Assembly: GCA_012295275.1 (NCBI GenBank) | Contig: CM022672.1 | Coordinates: forward strand, 7,688,001 to 7,752,000 | Direction of reading: 5' to 3' | From: Chrysomallon squamiferum | Taxonomy: Eukaryota > Animalia > Mollusca | Length of the DNA stretch: 64,000 nt | Shown: in pieces, positions 14,701-26,762 of the stretch | How the letters are laid out: each line of letters begins with the position of its first letter | Position numbering within the stretch: the stretch's first letter is position 1 | Notes under the pieces: model-generated | The model's database searches: none | What the model was told of the DNA's origin: nothing | What the model saw: the letters and a program-made list of their open reading frames with translations, nothing else | Program-made: the position numbers and the translations under genes

Positions 14701-15889
14701 TTGCGTCTGCTTGTTGCCTCATGTGCAGAAACTGGCCTCCTTGATGAAGCTCGGAATATCTTTGTTCACTGCAAGAAGCTGCCCATGTACAGAACAGCCA
14801 GTCTTACAGACAACCCTCGACAGCTGTTACTCTGCAGTTTACTAACCCCAGCTGAAATGTTGTTTGTTATTGAGGTCTTTCTTCAGGAGAGATACAGCAG
14901 CCTGAAGTCAATGTTACATGAAGGTCAAGCATTGACATTACATGAACTGAAACTCTCAGTCAAAATTGTTAATTGCAGAACAGATGTAACCATTGAACCC
15001 TATCTGTCCATTTTCCCCAAGTCAGTTCCAGCTGCACAGAATGTGGTACTGTCAGTTCTCCAGAAAGATCTCTCTCCACCTCTGGAAGGAACTGTAGGAT
15101 CATTTGGTGTGATTGACATTAACATGATGACTTTGAAGATGTATTTTCAGGCTCTTGATCAAAAACAAGGTGAGATATTTCTAAAAAATAAATAGACATA
15201 ATTGATTCAGACAGCTCATAAAAATTCTGATCATTTTATTTCCATATATTCATTTTCATGAGATAATGTAATAAACACAGTCAATTAATAAGTGAATATT
15301 TTTGAAGAAATTACTTCTTTTATCCTTTCAATTTTACAATTTCAGTTATTTTATTTTTAGTATATGTGTGCGTGCGTGCGTGTGTGTGTGTGTGAATAAA
15401 TAATAATTATTCCATTTCATTATACCATGGATTTTCTTCTTCTTTTTTTTTTTTTTTTATTTTAAAACTATGTTGTATTGTTAATTACATTCAGTGAATC
15501 AGCATTTCACAAGACTTCCTCTGCACATCACACAACCAGCAACAACCAGCAGGAATACTGCACAGCCAGCATTTGACTTGAGACATACAGCAACATTTCA
15601 GAGAGCTGCGCTGCTGCAAGCACAACCCAGAGGAAGTGTCACTAATGGAGGACATGGATCTTCTGTTCATTCCACTCAGCCACCTTTACTTGATAAACTT
15701 GAGTCAGCTATGTGGATACCTCCTTTAATGCAGAATCTCATCCTGCCACCCAGAGGACTTGAAACTATTCCTCAGCTGTTACCAACAGCATATAACAATC
15801 CTGTACAGAAACATTCACTTGCTTCAAGACACGGGGGAAAGTTGTGGCGGAATAAGAAAGATATTTCCAGAAAAAAAATAAAGAAATGA
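1644..15889 (+). CDS. TOPAZ1: TOPAZ1-like germline protein: long disordered acidic/Ser-rich N-terminus plus helical PPR-like repeats and C-terminal domain
   Basis: Giant exon (ORF 1992-7174, donor AG|GTAAGT), then GT-AG exons at about 7428-7656, 7922-7977, 8230-8393, 8984-9115, 9589-9802, 10274-10363, 10794-10874, 11924-12113, 12793-13030, 13470-13621, 14005-14031 (27 nt), 14582-15169 and 15495-15889 (stop TGA). The C-terminal TLRLLVASCAETGLLDEARNIF...MY...PRQLLLCSLLTPAEMLFVIEVFL resembles vertebrate TOPAZ1 (LRELITALG...[21 protein letters not shown], from memory). The true start is uncertain (ATG 1644 vs 1998; see the frameshift finding). Confidence 0.75.
2490..2634 (+). repeat. Coding tandem repeat, 36 bp x4 (NSDxLNxSSTVV)
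   Basis: aatagtgactgtttaaatatttcctcaactgtggta-type unit repeated four times in frame. Confidence 0.85.
5322..5577 (+). repeat. Coding tandem repeat, 39 bp x ~6.5 (SKKSPQSKQLAGN)
   Basis: aagaaatcacctcagtctaaacagttagcaggaaatagt unit, directly visible in DNA and in the translation. Confidence 0.9.
11670..11800. repeat. (CATA)n microsatellite in TOPAZ1 intron
   Basis: About 30 near-perfect ACAT units; explains the spurious YVCM ORFs. Confidence 0.95.
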
Positions 15890-15920
15890 GTGTACCTAGA
15901 TACTCTGTTGTATAATCTCA

Positions 15921-16330
15921 AGGAAATTGTACCTTTGGTCATAGGTGAATTTTTTGTACAATTAAGTCTTGGAATTTGTTGTACAGTTAGTCACAGGTGA
16001 ACTGTATTGGGAATCAATAGTACAATTAGTCACAGGTGAATTGTTCTAGGAATTTATTGTACAATTGGTTACAGGTGAACTGTATTAAGAATCTATTGTA
16101 CAACTAGACACGGGTGAATTGTATTAGGAATCTGTTATAAAATAAGTCACAGGTGAATTGTGTTAGGAATCTTTATAAAATAAGTCAGTCAGGTGAATTG
16201 TATTAGAAACCTATTGTACAACTAGTCATGGGTGAATTTGATTAAGAATCTATTGTACAACTAATCATGGGTGAATTGTTCTAGGAATTTATTGTACAAT
16301 TAGGAACAGGTGAACTGTACTGGGGATCTG
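15921..16330. repeat. 39-bp minisatellite (~10 diverged copies) just downstream of the TOPAZ1 stop
   Basis: Unit tacaattagtcacaggtgaattgttctaggaatttattg; core GGTGAA(T/C)TG recurs every ~39 bp. Confidence 0.9.
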
Positions 16331-18424
16331 TCAAATAGTTGGTTAGTCCAGGTATTTGGGGTTAAAACAGATTCAAATGGTATTTGATGACCAGTATCCT
16401 TTTACTTCAAAGCATACATTTATTATATGTGTATTTATTATATAGCTACATACCAAAAGATTCAATTGACATGTATGTCTTTATATTATAGAGACTGACA
16501 ATTTTTTAAACTGGTGAACATTGTGGTCAAAATACAGAAGAAAAAAACAAATAAATAAATTTCAGGATCTGATCCCAATATATGAAGTATTTTTGGAAGA
16601 TAGGACTTCTTTTTTGTATGTCAAAAAGCAAAGTATTACTTGGAAAGTTGCTGAATGCATCCTTGTTAAAAGTTTTAAGAACTGGATTATTTTGACAATA
16701 CAATATGAAAATTTGTTAAATATTTACTTTTATCTTTTTATCATGGCTTTTGTTAATAATGACAATCCTGCAATAAAGAATATGCATATTCATTACTATA
16801 ATTAGATTTACTTGAACTGGTAACATCTTATTACTTTATTGTGCACTATCGTTTGATTCTTTTTTCATTTAAATTACAATGGTTGCTAAATTGTTTGAGT
16901 TAGTTACGTAAAACCCTTTTATCATATGTACCCCATCTTCAGCAGATAGAATTTATTTTAAGCGTCATTTGGAATTTATTTTATCTGTTTTTTTTTTGTT
17001 TTTTGTGTATTATTTTTTCTGAAATAACTTCCATTTTATGGCACAAAATAGGAAAATGTTGTTACTTCAAACTTTGTTTTAACTGCCAGAATAGAATATT
17101 TTGGATGTCTCATGTTTTGTTTCATGGTTTGTTTACTTAATAACATTTTTCTCTTTGGGGTTTTGTTTGTTCATGAAGTCAAGTAATCAGCTATAAAATG
17201 TTTTTTTTTTTATATTAATTGTGTTTGATTTGGTGTTCATTATTATGTCTTTCTTTTTTTCTTTTAATAAATATATATGGTTAGAGAAATACGCAAAGGT
17301 TAAAATTATTACCAGATTTCTATGTATTTTGGCCAGTAGAAACCCAGGTTTACAAATGGTATAAGATTGTGATCATGTTTCAGAGTTCTTTATAGTCCAC
17401 ATGTACAAGTGAACTAACCAGGTTAAAGGAATATAGTTAGAAGTAATAAATTATATTTTTCTTTTGTGAAATCACTAGTCACTTTGGTTTTTGAAAAATA
17501 CAGATGGATTTTTTTTCTTATAGATAATTTAGTTTTTAATAAAAATGATTTATCAAATGACAGTTTTGTTGTTATAAGTCCAGTACAGTTTCCAAATATT
17601 AATAAACCAATACTAGTGGATAATGCAAGCTTATTTCCTTGAAAATCCTGAAAGATAAAGTGTGAAATGGTGAAATCTCATTTAACTTAGTAACTGCATG
17701 TGGAAAAGAATATTAAAAGTACATTTTCATGACTTTTGTGCAAAGTAACCATCCTATGACTGAAATTCTGGGGTTTTGAATGCAAGGAGATAACCTAGAA
17801 AGAAATTCAATTTTTAATTCACATAAAATGCATACCCAGTGTTTAAATAGTTTTATGAAATATTTTTAATTCTTTTATCTGTTATATAAACCATCCAAAA
17901 ACTATAAGCTATTGCCATTTTGCTTATTCAAGAAATAACATCTTAGAATTTTGGGCAAGTAATCTGTAACTTGAATTTATCTTCATTTTTACCAGTGGCA
18001 ATATTTGGAAATTATAATTTTTTAAAATAATATCCACATGTGAAACATTCAGAAATGTAATTAAAAAAAACTTTCTTACAGATTTTGTGTATAGAAAACC
18101 AAAAAAGATAAAGAGTATAAATAAATCATTTTATTATACATTAATGTAGTTCAGTGCAGGAAAATGAAATTCTAATCTTAATGAATTATAAATATAAAAA
18201 GTTTCCTTTCAACCTTGATCAGTCTGCCCTCATGAACCTTCAGAGAAGAAAAAAAATAAAATTCCAAATAAAAACATCAAAGCCACTGTTTATACCATTC
18301 TAACATTTGTCCTGGACTGATAACAGTAGAAACCACAAACACATATTCTTTTTCTTTTTTTTGATATTTTTAAAATGATCCACAACCAGCCTCAACATTT
18401 CCCACAAATTTAAAGATGGATATT

Positions 18425-21400
18425 TTAATCATCAACAGTAATAGAAAGAGCTTTGATATCTGCCAGAGTCTGCAGGATTTGTGATTCATATTGAGAATTG
18501 GGTAAGTTGTCTGTTCCATTTAATGTGGAAGCTAGTTCTGCATAAACTCTGAATGCCTCTGTGTTGTGAGTGACCTGAAACAGATTCACTAGTAAAATTA
18601 TTAAAAATACACATTTAAATTTGACATCAAACTTTTTACTTCAATCAATAAAATACAAGTTCAAATTTCATATTGTTAAAATCAAATATGCACTTACTTC
18701 TACTTTCTCTCATGTTATCTCAGATAATTTTTGTAACCTTTCAGAAATAAAATTAAAAGTTGTTTGTTTTCAGGCTGTAATTTGTAAAGCTTATTTTTAA
18801 GTTTTTAATGTGAATTGTTGTAGTTAAGCTAACATTATTTTTAGTGCCCAAATGTATAATTATGTGAGCAATGTAATGTAAAAACAGCAAGGTAAAGAAA
18901 CTTCAACTAGGGCATGTTTTACCACACAATAAAATGTATTTGTTTATCATTTTCTACAACAAATACTTTTTTCCATAAGAACTAACAGGTGATATATTTT
19001 GAGTTGCAGTATCACATTCATAAAAAAGAAAAGATAAAAAAGAAGTTTTAAGCATAAAACATCTGTATTTATTTTAGTTTGACAAGAGAAAGGTGACATT
19101 CTGACCTGTGCTCTGATCAAAGATTCTAGACAAGGCTGGAAGTAGTCAATTCGACTCTCGTACAGTTTAGGAAGATCTTCCGATAGCGAGGAGTTCTGAG
19201 TTTCAAAATCATCTTTAGCTACAGCCAACATCTTCTTGCTCTGAATTTAAAGCAAAAAAATAAGATTGAGCTTTCATTCGTTCAGCAACTGCATAAAAAC
19301 CATGCAGATCTGAACCACATATTTTAAAAAACAAAAGTAAATAGAATTTAGGAGCTGTTGTTAAACTAGATGAGGCCAATTAATGCAGAAAAATTATATT
19401 TATTCTGGAGTTATAAGGGTGTATGGATGCAGTGATAGTGATTCACTGTACATTTATTTTCACTGATAAATATTTAAATATTTAAATAAACTTCACTTAC
19501 AGCATCAAGTTTTAAAATATTCTGACCAGTTCTGTCACGGTCACTGTATTTATCGACCTTTGCCTTGCACTTCTGAAACTCCTAAAATATAAATATGTCT
19601 TCATTAATAACATTGCAGTTGCTACCAAAATACAAACACTACAGAGTATCATCATTACTTAAAATATAAATATCATATTATTAATAATCCAGAAGCTCAT
19701 AAAATATAAATGCCTGACTTCAATAACAACATTTCAATTGCTACTAAAATAAAAATATTACACTGTGTAATGAAAACTTAAAATATAAATATCATTTGAT
19801 TAATAATTTTGAACTTCCTAAAAATAAATCCAATGCTACTTTAGACTTCTAAAATTCATTCTGAAATTCAAAAACAAAAAACTCAACATAATTTAAAAAT
19901 TTCAAATTGTTACACAATGATTATTTTTCAAAAATAAATGATAATATTTAGTTAATCAGAACTTTGTTAATTAAAACTATGAAATATATAACTGACTATT
20001 TTCTCACCTGTAAACTTTGCTCTCTCTTTTTGATTGCTGCTTGAACACTAGGAAAAATACTGTTGAATCTAAAAGAGCAAAATACATTCCAATTTATCAA
20101 AAGTTTTGGGTTTGTCATAATATATTATTGAATATTTTCATTTTTAAAGTCCTAATTGTAAATACTTTAAATGAATTAAAAATTATATTTGAAGACTGGA
20201 TTGAATATTTAATGCCACACCATTTTCCCTGGTTGAGTGGTATGAATATATTAAACAAAAATATATAAACAGATTCAAATTTAATGGTTATTTTAAAAAT
20301 CTTTTTTAACATGCATTCACTTCTACTTTAAATAATCCTGTTTATGAGTAGGAGGCACTGCAATTGATTTATGAGGCTAAAACAATAAAAAATATTGATG
20401 TTCATATTTGTTACTATTATAAAATCCTATAAACATATTCACTTTTTCATTGGGTCTATCACAGTCTTCTGAGCTACTGTATTCTGAAAAAATAATCAAA
20501 AAAAGAACAAGATAATAAAATTCAAATGGCAGTGAACTTTGTGCCAGTCATAAACTTTAAATATTATTTTATTCATTTCCTATTATACTTTGCTTTAAGG
20601 TTAACTATGACAAGAGAATAATTAATATACAGCAAACTAAATTGTTTTTTTCTCCTAACTGAAACCATCGCATAAACAGCTTCCAGTATAATGTCCATGT
20701 TTATAAAAAAAAGAAAAATACAATAATTAAATAAGACTAATTAAAAGTAACAACAGTAATAATTATTTACACAATCACATATCCTAAACATCCAGTTTAT
20801 TCAATGTACTCCTTTTTATTTTGTTATTATTTTTTTAATTCACTTATCTGAGTGTTTATTACAAAGGAAAGTGAGTTACTTCAAGATAAATATATTATAT
20901 GAAATAATCTCACCATTTCTTGCATGTGCATGTCTAACTTGGTGACAGCATGGTCCCACTCGCTGACTTTGTGTAGCAATGCCTCCTCATTCTGACACAA
21001 TGCTGACAACAGCAGGTCTTGTGTGATCTTCCTCTCACTCTTTGCAAGAGCTGTCAATATGTCAAGGGCATGTTTGACACAACACAGTCATACTGCATGT
21101 TTCACATGTCACTATTATACTCTTTGTTTGACATATCAGAATTAACTGTATGAGTGACATATCAGAATTATAATCAATGTTTTACATGTCACAATTACAC
21201 TGTATGTTTTCCACATCACAAGTATACTGTATGTTTGACATATTATAATAATACTCTATGTTTTCCACATCACAGTTATACTGAATGTTTTACACGTCTC
21301 TGTTATGCTTACTGTTTGACAAATAACATTTATACTGTATATTTTCCACATCATAATTATACTGTTTGTCTGTCATATCACAATTATACTGAATTTCTTT

Positions 21401-23390
21401 AAATTTATAACTAATGATATACATTTTTAAAAATATCTTTTTAAATAATTCTCCATATCCTTTTGCATACCTGTCAGTCAGTGTCTCAAAACAAAATCCA
21501 ACTTACCATTATTTGCTTCCACCCATCTCTTGGCCCCTTTATATAATTTTCTACTAACTTCTTCTAATCTGGAATGAATAACAAAACAAAACTATATGCA
21601 GTCAGTTATTTGAAATTTTTAATTTTGTCAAAAAATGTAACACAAATTACAAAATATATAAACTATGTCCATCCTAGATGTTAAGCCTAATGGAAAAAAT
21701 TCAGAAGTAGACGTTAGAATATATTAAAACTCTTGGTAAATAAGTAGTTTCTATTCCTTTCTTTGATTATAAATATCCTTAAAATTCAGTTCATTTGGTC
21801 TAAAAAGATTAATAATAATTAAAAAAAATAAAAACATTTTTTAAAGTGATTTAAATTATTATTATTTAAAATATTTAGTTTTAAACTGTGATATTAATAC
21901 TTGATTATTTTTTGGTCGCAAATTAGTAAAATACTTACTCATCACATTTTTTAACTTTATTTTCAAATTCTCGTTCAGCCTGAATATGTATATATATATA
22001 TGGAAAAAAAAGAAGAATGAAAATAAAAAATTAAAATGAAAAAAAGAAAGATGAAATAAATATTACTTTATTTAATCCATTCATATATACATACACGAAA
22101 CATAAATATAGTAAAATAATCATATATGTGTGTGTGTATGCATGTGTGTGTGCGTTACAGGAAATGCGTATTATTAGAAAATATGTGTAATATGGAATGC
22201 AGTGACTACAAATAGATTCTCCTCTGACTGCAATCAATGGAAAATTTCATGTGGGAAGCCAGATGATAACAAGCCAGTGCAAGCATTAAAGATCAACAGT
22301 GAACACTTAATTTCACTGTGAAACTGAACAAATTTGAGTGCAAAAGTCCATTCAGTTATACTGTTTGAAGTGTTTCCTTGGATGATCACCAACTGAGGTC
22401 ACATTCTTTTCAGTTCAGTGATTACTCATTCTTACTCAATTTTGGGGGAATTATTCTTATTTCCTGATAATATAGATTTCCTGTAACACATATATATGCC
22501 CAAAGTGAGAAAAAAAGAAGAAATCTTATTACATAATAAAATACTAGTATATTATTTTAAATAAATGTCTGTAACATAACACATTTTCTTAAATTCTGCT
22601 CTTTTGAATGCTATTTATTTTTATAATTCTAGGAATATATATTATTAGCTGCTTTTGACTGTTGTTGTTTGAGGTTATTTGGGAGTTTTTAAAAATTTCT
22701 TATCACCTAATATTTTATCTTTCCAAATTCAAGTTTTGTTTACCTTTCATTTATTATTTGTTTAAAAATAAATTTAAGCAAAAAAAAAAAAATAAAAAAA
22801 AAGTAAAAAAAATAAACGAAATCAAAAATAATAAAACAAAATACAAATTTAAAACACTTTTTGATCATTACGGTTGACGTGATAAATTATATTATAATTT
22901 ACTTACTGTTCTAGAGGTAACAGTTTTTTTAGATGCTGCATGACGACTGAATGGATTCCTGTGAGTAAAACAACAAAAATAAATTGTGTAAAGGTTTTAT
23001 TATTTTTATTTATTAGTGCATTATAAAAAATCCTATAATCTTTAATTAATAAAAAATGTTGGTATAAAAATAGATTACGCTTAAAAATTATCATTTTATT
23101 TCAGAAAATAATCGTCAGTAGAGACCATTCAGTATTAACCATAAAATCATTTAAAAATAAACCACAAGATATAAAAAAAAATTAATGATCTGATTGACGT
23201 TACAAGCATATTTTTAACTTCTCACAATCTTTTATAAAAGTAAAATATTATTTATCTTTCATTCTAAATCTAAGTCGAGCATATTCTGATTATTCACGCC
23301 AATCACAGTATAGAGTATTCCAATGCCACACTACTGATACAACTTTTTCGAATATCTTTAATACAAACTAGTAATTTAACTTTACCACAT
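18425..23390 (-). CDS. BIN3: Bridging integrator 3 (BAR-domain protein)
   Basis: Phase-consistent exons 22907-22958 (NPFSRHAASKKTVTSRT), 21939-21979 (AEREFENKVKK), 21507-21568, 20914-21050, 20443-20483 (QKTVIDPMK), 20008-20068 (FNSIFPSVQAAIKKREQSLQ), 19501-19581 (KAKVDKYSDRDRTG), 19106-19240 (LPKLYESRIDYFQPCLESLIRAQ) and 18425-18574 (LADIKALSITVDD*). These match BIN3 hallmarks (QKTVIEPLKKF, SRLDYFQPSFESLIRAQ, LRALSIVADD). The first micro-exon ATGTG|GTAAAG at 23390-23386 is tentative. Confidence 0.92.
19575..19830. repeat. Degenerate ~120-bp duplication in a BIN3 intron, including copies of the 3' splice-site region
   Basis: taaaatataaata...aacatt(g/t)ca(g/a)ttgctac(c/t)aaaata blocks occur twice, with four taaaatataaat copies. 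Confidence 0.6.
21071..21395. repeat. 27-bp minisatellite (~12 copies) in a BIN3 intron
   Basis: Unit tgtttt(a/c)cacatcacaattatactgta; produces the spurious HNYTVCF ORF 21154-21402. Confidence 0.88.
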
Positions 23391-23584
23391 TTAGCAATAT
23401 ATGTCCAGCAATTCTCCTCAAAGGTGCAAAGAATTGAAATGTTTAATATTTTCACAAATGTAGTTGAAGATTTGGTAGCGTCATTACTACTTCGTTTTAC
23501 CAGAAACAAACACCCTCTTTTACCGGTGTTTTCCTTAAATTGTTCCTGTTAAAATATATCTTTTTTTCTTTTCTTCTTCTTCTT

Positions 23585-23615
<31 letters not shown>

Positions 23616-23928
23616 TTATTATTATTATTATTAATTAATTAATTAATTAATTTATAATTTATATTAGAACATTCAGTGCTATTTCTCTCTCCTTTTAAAA
23701 TATATAATTTTAACTGTAACGACTGAAAACGAAAATTAATTCCTTTCTCAAAATAATTTACAAGATTATTATTATCATTACTAAATCCCCCTCCCCCCAA
23801 TTTTGTTAATACTGGTAAAAGGACACGGATAAAAAACATTTAAATATAGGTAATTTGAAAATATTTTTCTATTTCCGTTTCAATTTTGTCACAGCTTACT
23901 TTCTATATAAATACAGAAAAGAAGCAAC
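23391..23928. promoter_or_regulatory. Putative bidirectional promoter between BIN3 and ADO
   Basis: Divergent starts ~0.54 kb apart (depends on the tentative BIN3 first exon). Contains a (CTT)n(ATT)n microsatellite at 23572-23632. A YY1-like CAACATGGCGGC overlaps the ADO ATG. Confidence 0.55.
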
Positions 23929-24639
23929 ATGGCGGCGCACATACAGAAAGTGGCACGATTAGCCTTTCAAGTTTTCTCCAGAAGACAATTTGATGGCATT
24001 TTTCATCAAGAATTAAAATCACTTAAACTAATGCTTAACAATATTACATCTAAAGATCTGAACTTTGATGTCAATAATTTGAAGAGTCAAATTCCATCTG
24101 AAGAAGCGCCAGTTGGTTATTTATCTATTTGGGAAGACAGTATAATTTCCATTGGTGTTTTCGTGGTCAAACCAAACAAACGGCTTCCGTTACATGATCA
24201 TCCTGGTATGCATGGCTTAATTCGTGTTATACATGGAGCACTTAATTTAAAAAGTTTCAGTGAAACATCAGGTGCTAGTGTACCAAATGATATAGAAGGC
24301 CAACTTGAAAGTCCGCTCGAAAAAACATTGCTAAAATCAACGGTTTCATTGGGTGAACGTGTTGTTACACCAAAAGATGAATGCTGTTTACTCACACCAA
24401 CGGAGGGAAATTTTCATGAAATTAAATCAGTTGGTGAAACTGTCGCTTTTCTAGACATTCTCGCTCCACCTTATGGAAGTGCCAAAGACTGTAATTATTA
24501 CAGGATAATTTCATTTGCAGATAAAGTTGAAAACGATGGAGTAACTTGGCTGTCAAAAATACCTCCTCCAGCAGAATACTGGTGTGAAACCTTCGATTAC
24601 CTCGGACCTACTATTGATGCATCTCTGTTTCAAACATGA
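23929..24639 (+). CDS. ADO: 2-aminoethanethiol (cysteamine) dioxygenase, PCO/ADO cupin family; intronless
   Basis: 236-aa ORF with LPLHDHPGMHG iron-binding motif, LLTPTEGNFHEI, VAFLDILAPPY, DCNYY and C-terminal YLGP, all diagnostic of ADO/plant cysteine oxidases. Confidence 0.95.
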   Translation: MAAHIQKVARLAFQVFSRRQFDGIFHQELKSLKLMLNNITSKDLNFDVNNLKSQIPSEEAPVGYLSIWEDSIISIGVFVVKPNKRLPLHDHPGMHGLIRVIHGALNLKSFSETSGASVPNDIEGQLESPLEKTLLKSTVSLGERVVTPKDECCLLTPTEGNFHEIKSVGETVAFLDILAPPYGSAKDCNYYRIISFADKVENDGVTWLSKIPPPAEYWCETFDYLGPTIDASLFQT

Positions 24640-25507
24640 TTTTTGTAAAACTTAAAACGACAGTTTAATATTCTTAAAAGTATAATAATAAATTAGTAAA
24701 ATAAAATATTAAACCATACAAAACCAAACCAAAATAATGTTAGTGGTGGTTAATAATAATATAGAACTCTTCTTGGACATATTTTTCCGTGATGAAAACA
24801 CTAAAACATTCACATTCTTCTTCTTTTACCCAAAATACACTTTTTGGCATTTTGTAAATGACAAAATATGGAACTACCAAACTTAAGTTATAATTCAGAA
24901 TGGTTAAATTCAGCAAAAGGTTGCTTGATCTTTCCTGGTTACTCACATTTATGCCAATGCCATTGTTAAAACTGCATGTAAATAAATTTTGTTATTCAAT
25001 AAATATTGCATATTTAATATTTAATATGCCAATATTGGATTTATATAATAAAAAAATAAAAAAAAAAAAAAAAAATAAAAATATATATACTTTTATTTAT
25101 TTATTTATTCAAATTCATGTATGGAGAAAAATACAGAAAATAAACACATGATCATTTATTACATTTCAAAGTAATTCTAGGTCTTTTGAAATAAAACAAA
25201 ACACTTTTTAATTATTTTTTTTTTAAGTATATTTATTATAGTAATCCCAAATCAGTAGATCAGTTACAACTAAAATTAAAACTTTTAACTGGTTCTATAC
25301 AAGAAGAAACCAAGATGGACAGTTTGATAGTTACATTTTTAAAATTAAACAAATACTTCTCATCAAACTGACTGATCAAAATATTCATTGCAAAATGAAA
25401 TGGTGAAGTAACAAAAGCAAAACCCACAACATTAAACTTTGAGTATTATTTTTTTTTTTCTGCTTATATTTGTTCATTTTACAATTTCAAACTATTTCAT
25501 CTTTCAT

Positions 25508-25541
<34 letters not shown>

Positions 25542-26762
25542 TGGTTATATAGAATTAAACTAATTACTATGTGGATGAGTACTAAACTGAGTGAATGCAG
25601 GATGGATGCATGTAATGTGTGTGAATGTTAAAGATAATTTTTTGTTTTAAATGTTACATAATAAAATGCACTATCTACAAGCTAATTAGATGTAAATATC
25701 TACAATAATATGAGACAAACCCCTGTTTGGACAACAAATGTTCAAGTTGGCGAGAACACACAGAGGGAAACAAATGTTCCCTGAGCAAATAAATTTAAAC
25801 GAAACCCAGTTCGTTTTAAAAAAGATAACCATAAGTGTAACATCTTTAAAAACTAACATCCTAAAAGTTAAACTAAATACAATAGTCAATTCATAACTAA
25901 TTTAAAACTAAATCCATCTTCTTTTCATATTTTCTTCTAAAACAAACAACAATGTTCAATTTTGAATACAGAGTGAAATAAAAATGACATGAATGTGTTA
26001 TTTTATAAATTAAAAATTCTGATTTGTTTGTTTTGTTTTGGTTGGTTTCTTTCTTTTTTTGTTTCCGTCTCAACAACATAAAATTCAGAAAGCTAAAGAC
26101 AAATTAAGTAAAATTATATGGTAATAAAATTCATTTATGTATGTATATATAAACTTTTTTCTTTCATACACTAAACATTTTTTTCGTATTCTCATATTTT
26201 AAACAAAAAAAATTTTGCCATTTTAATGATAATGCAAAATAAGTTTTCCAAATACAGTTAATGGAACTGATGTAATGTTGATCATTAATCTTGCTGATAC
26301 AAATGATCATATATGATGGATGAGTTATTCATACTAAATGAATGGAAGAAGCAAGACAGTACGCAAACACAAAATATAAATATTAAAGACATATATGCAC
26401 CAAAATGTTCAAACATGATATGATCCCATGGAAAGGTAATGTGGTCTGAATCTTAATTCAGACTGATCCAAAAAAAAAAAAACCTAAAAAATAATAAAAA
26501 ATTGTTTTTTGTCCATCTTCTGCAAGATTTCAATTAAGTAGTGAAGTACAAAATTCTCTTTTGTTTTGCCAAAAAAGAAAAAGGAAAAAAAAAGTGCTCT
26601 ATAACTAGTGCATGTTTAAACTTTTATAGTTAAGAGAAGTCATACGTCCATTGTTCTAAAAAACCACACAAAAACATTGTCTGGATAAACATTCAGAATT
26701 TTCTGCTTTAAAATTAAAACAAATGCACTTTGTTTTTAAAAAGTGAGTTGCTACAAATTTTC

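Noticed and set aside
15921-16330. Regularly spaced repeats suggesting a CRISPR-like array
   Set aside because: Contiguous diverged tandem units with no unique spacers, in a eukaryotic context with no cas genes.
16394-16402. GTATCCTTT, a U12-type 5' splice-site consensus (also ATATCCTTT at ~21455)
   Set aside because: The first lies beyond the TOPAZ1 stop with no TCCTTAAC branch site seen; the second is on the wrong strand for BIN3.
21154-21402. 82-aa Cys/His-rich repeat ORF resembling a metal-binding peptide
   Set aside because: Product of a 27-bp intronic minisatellite. It has a non-ATG start and an indel in an upstream unit, and it is antisense within BIN3.
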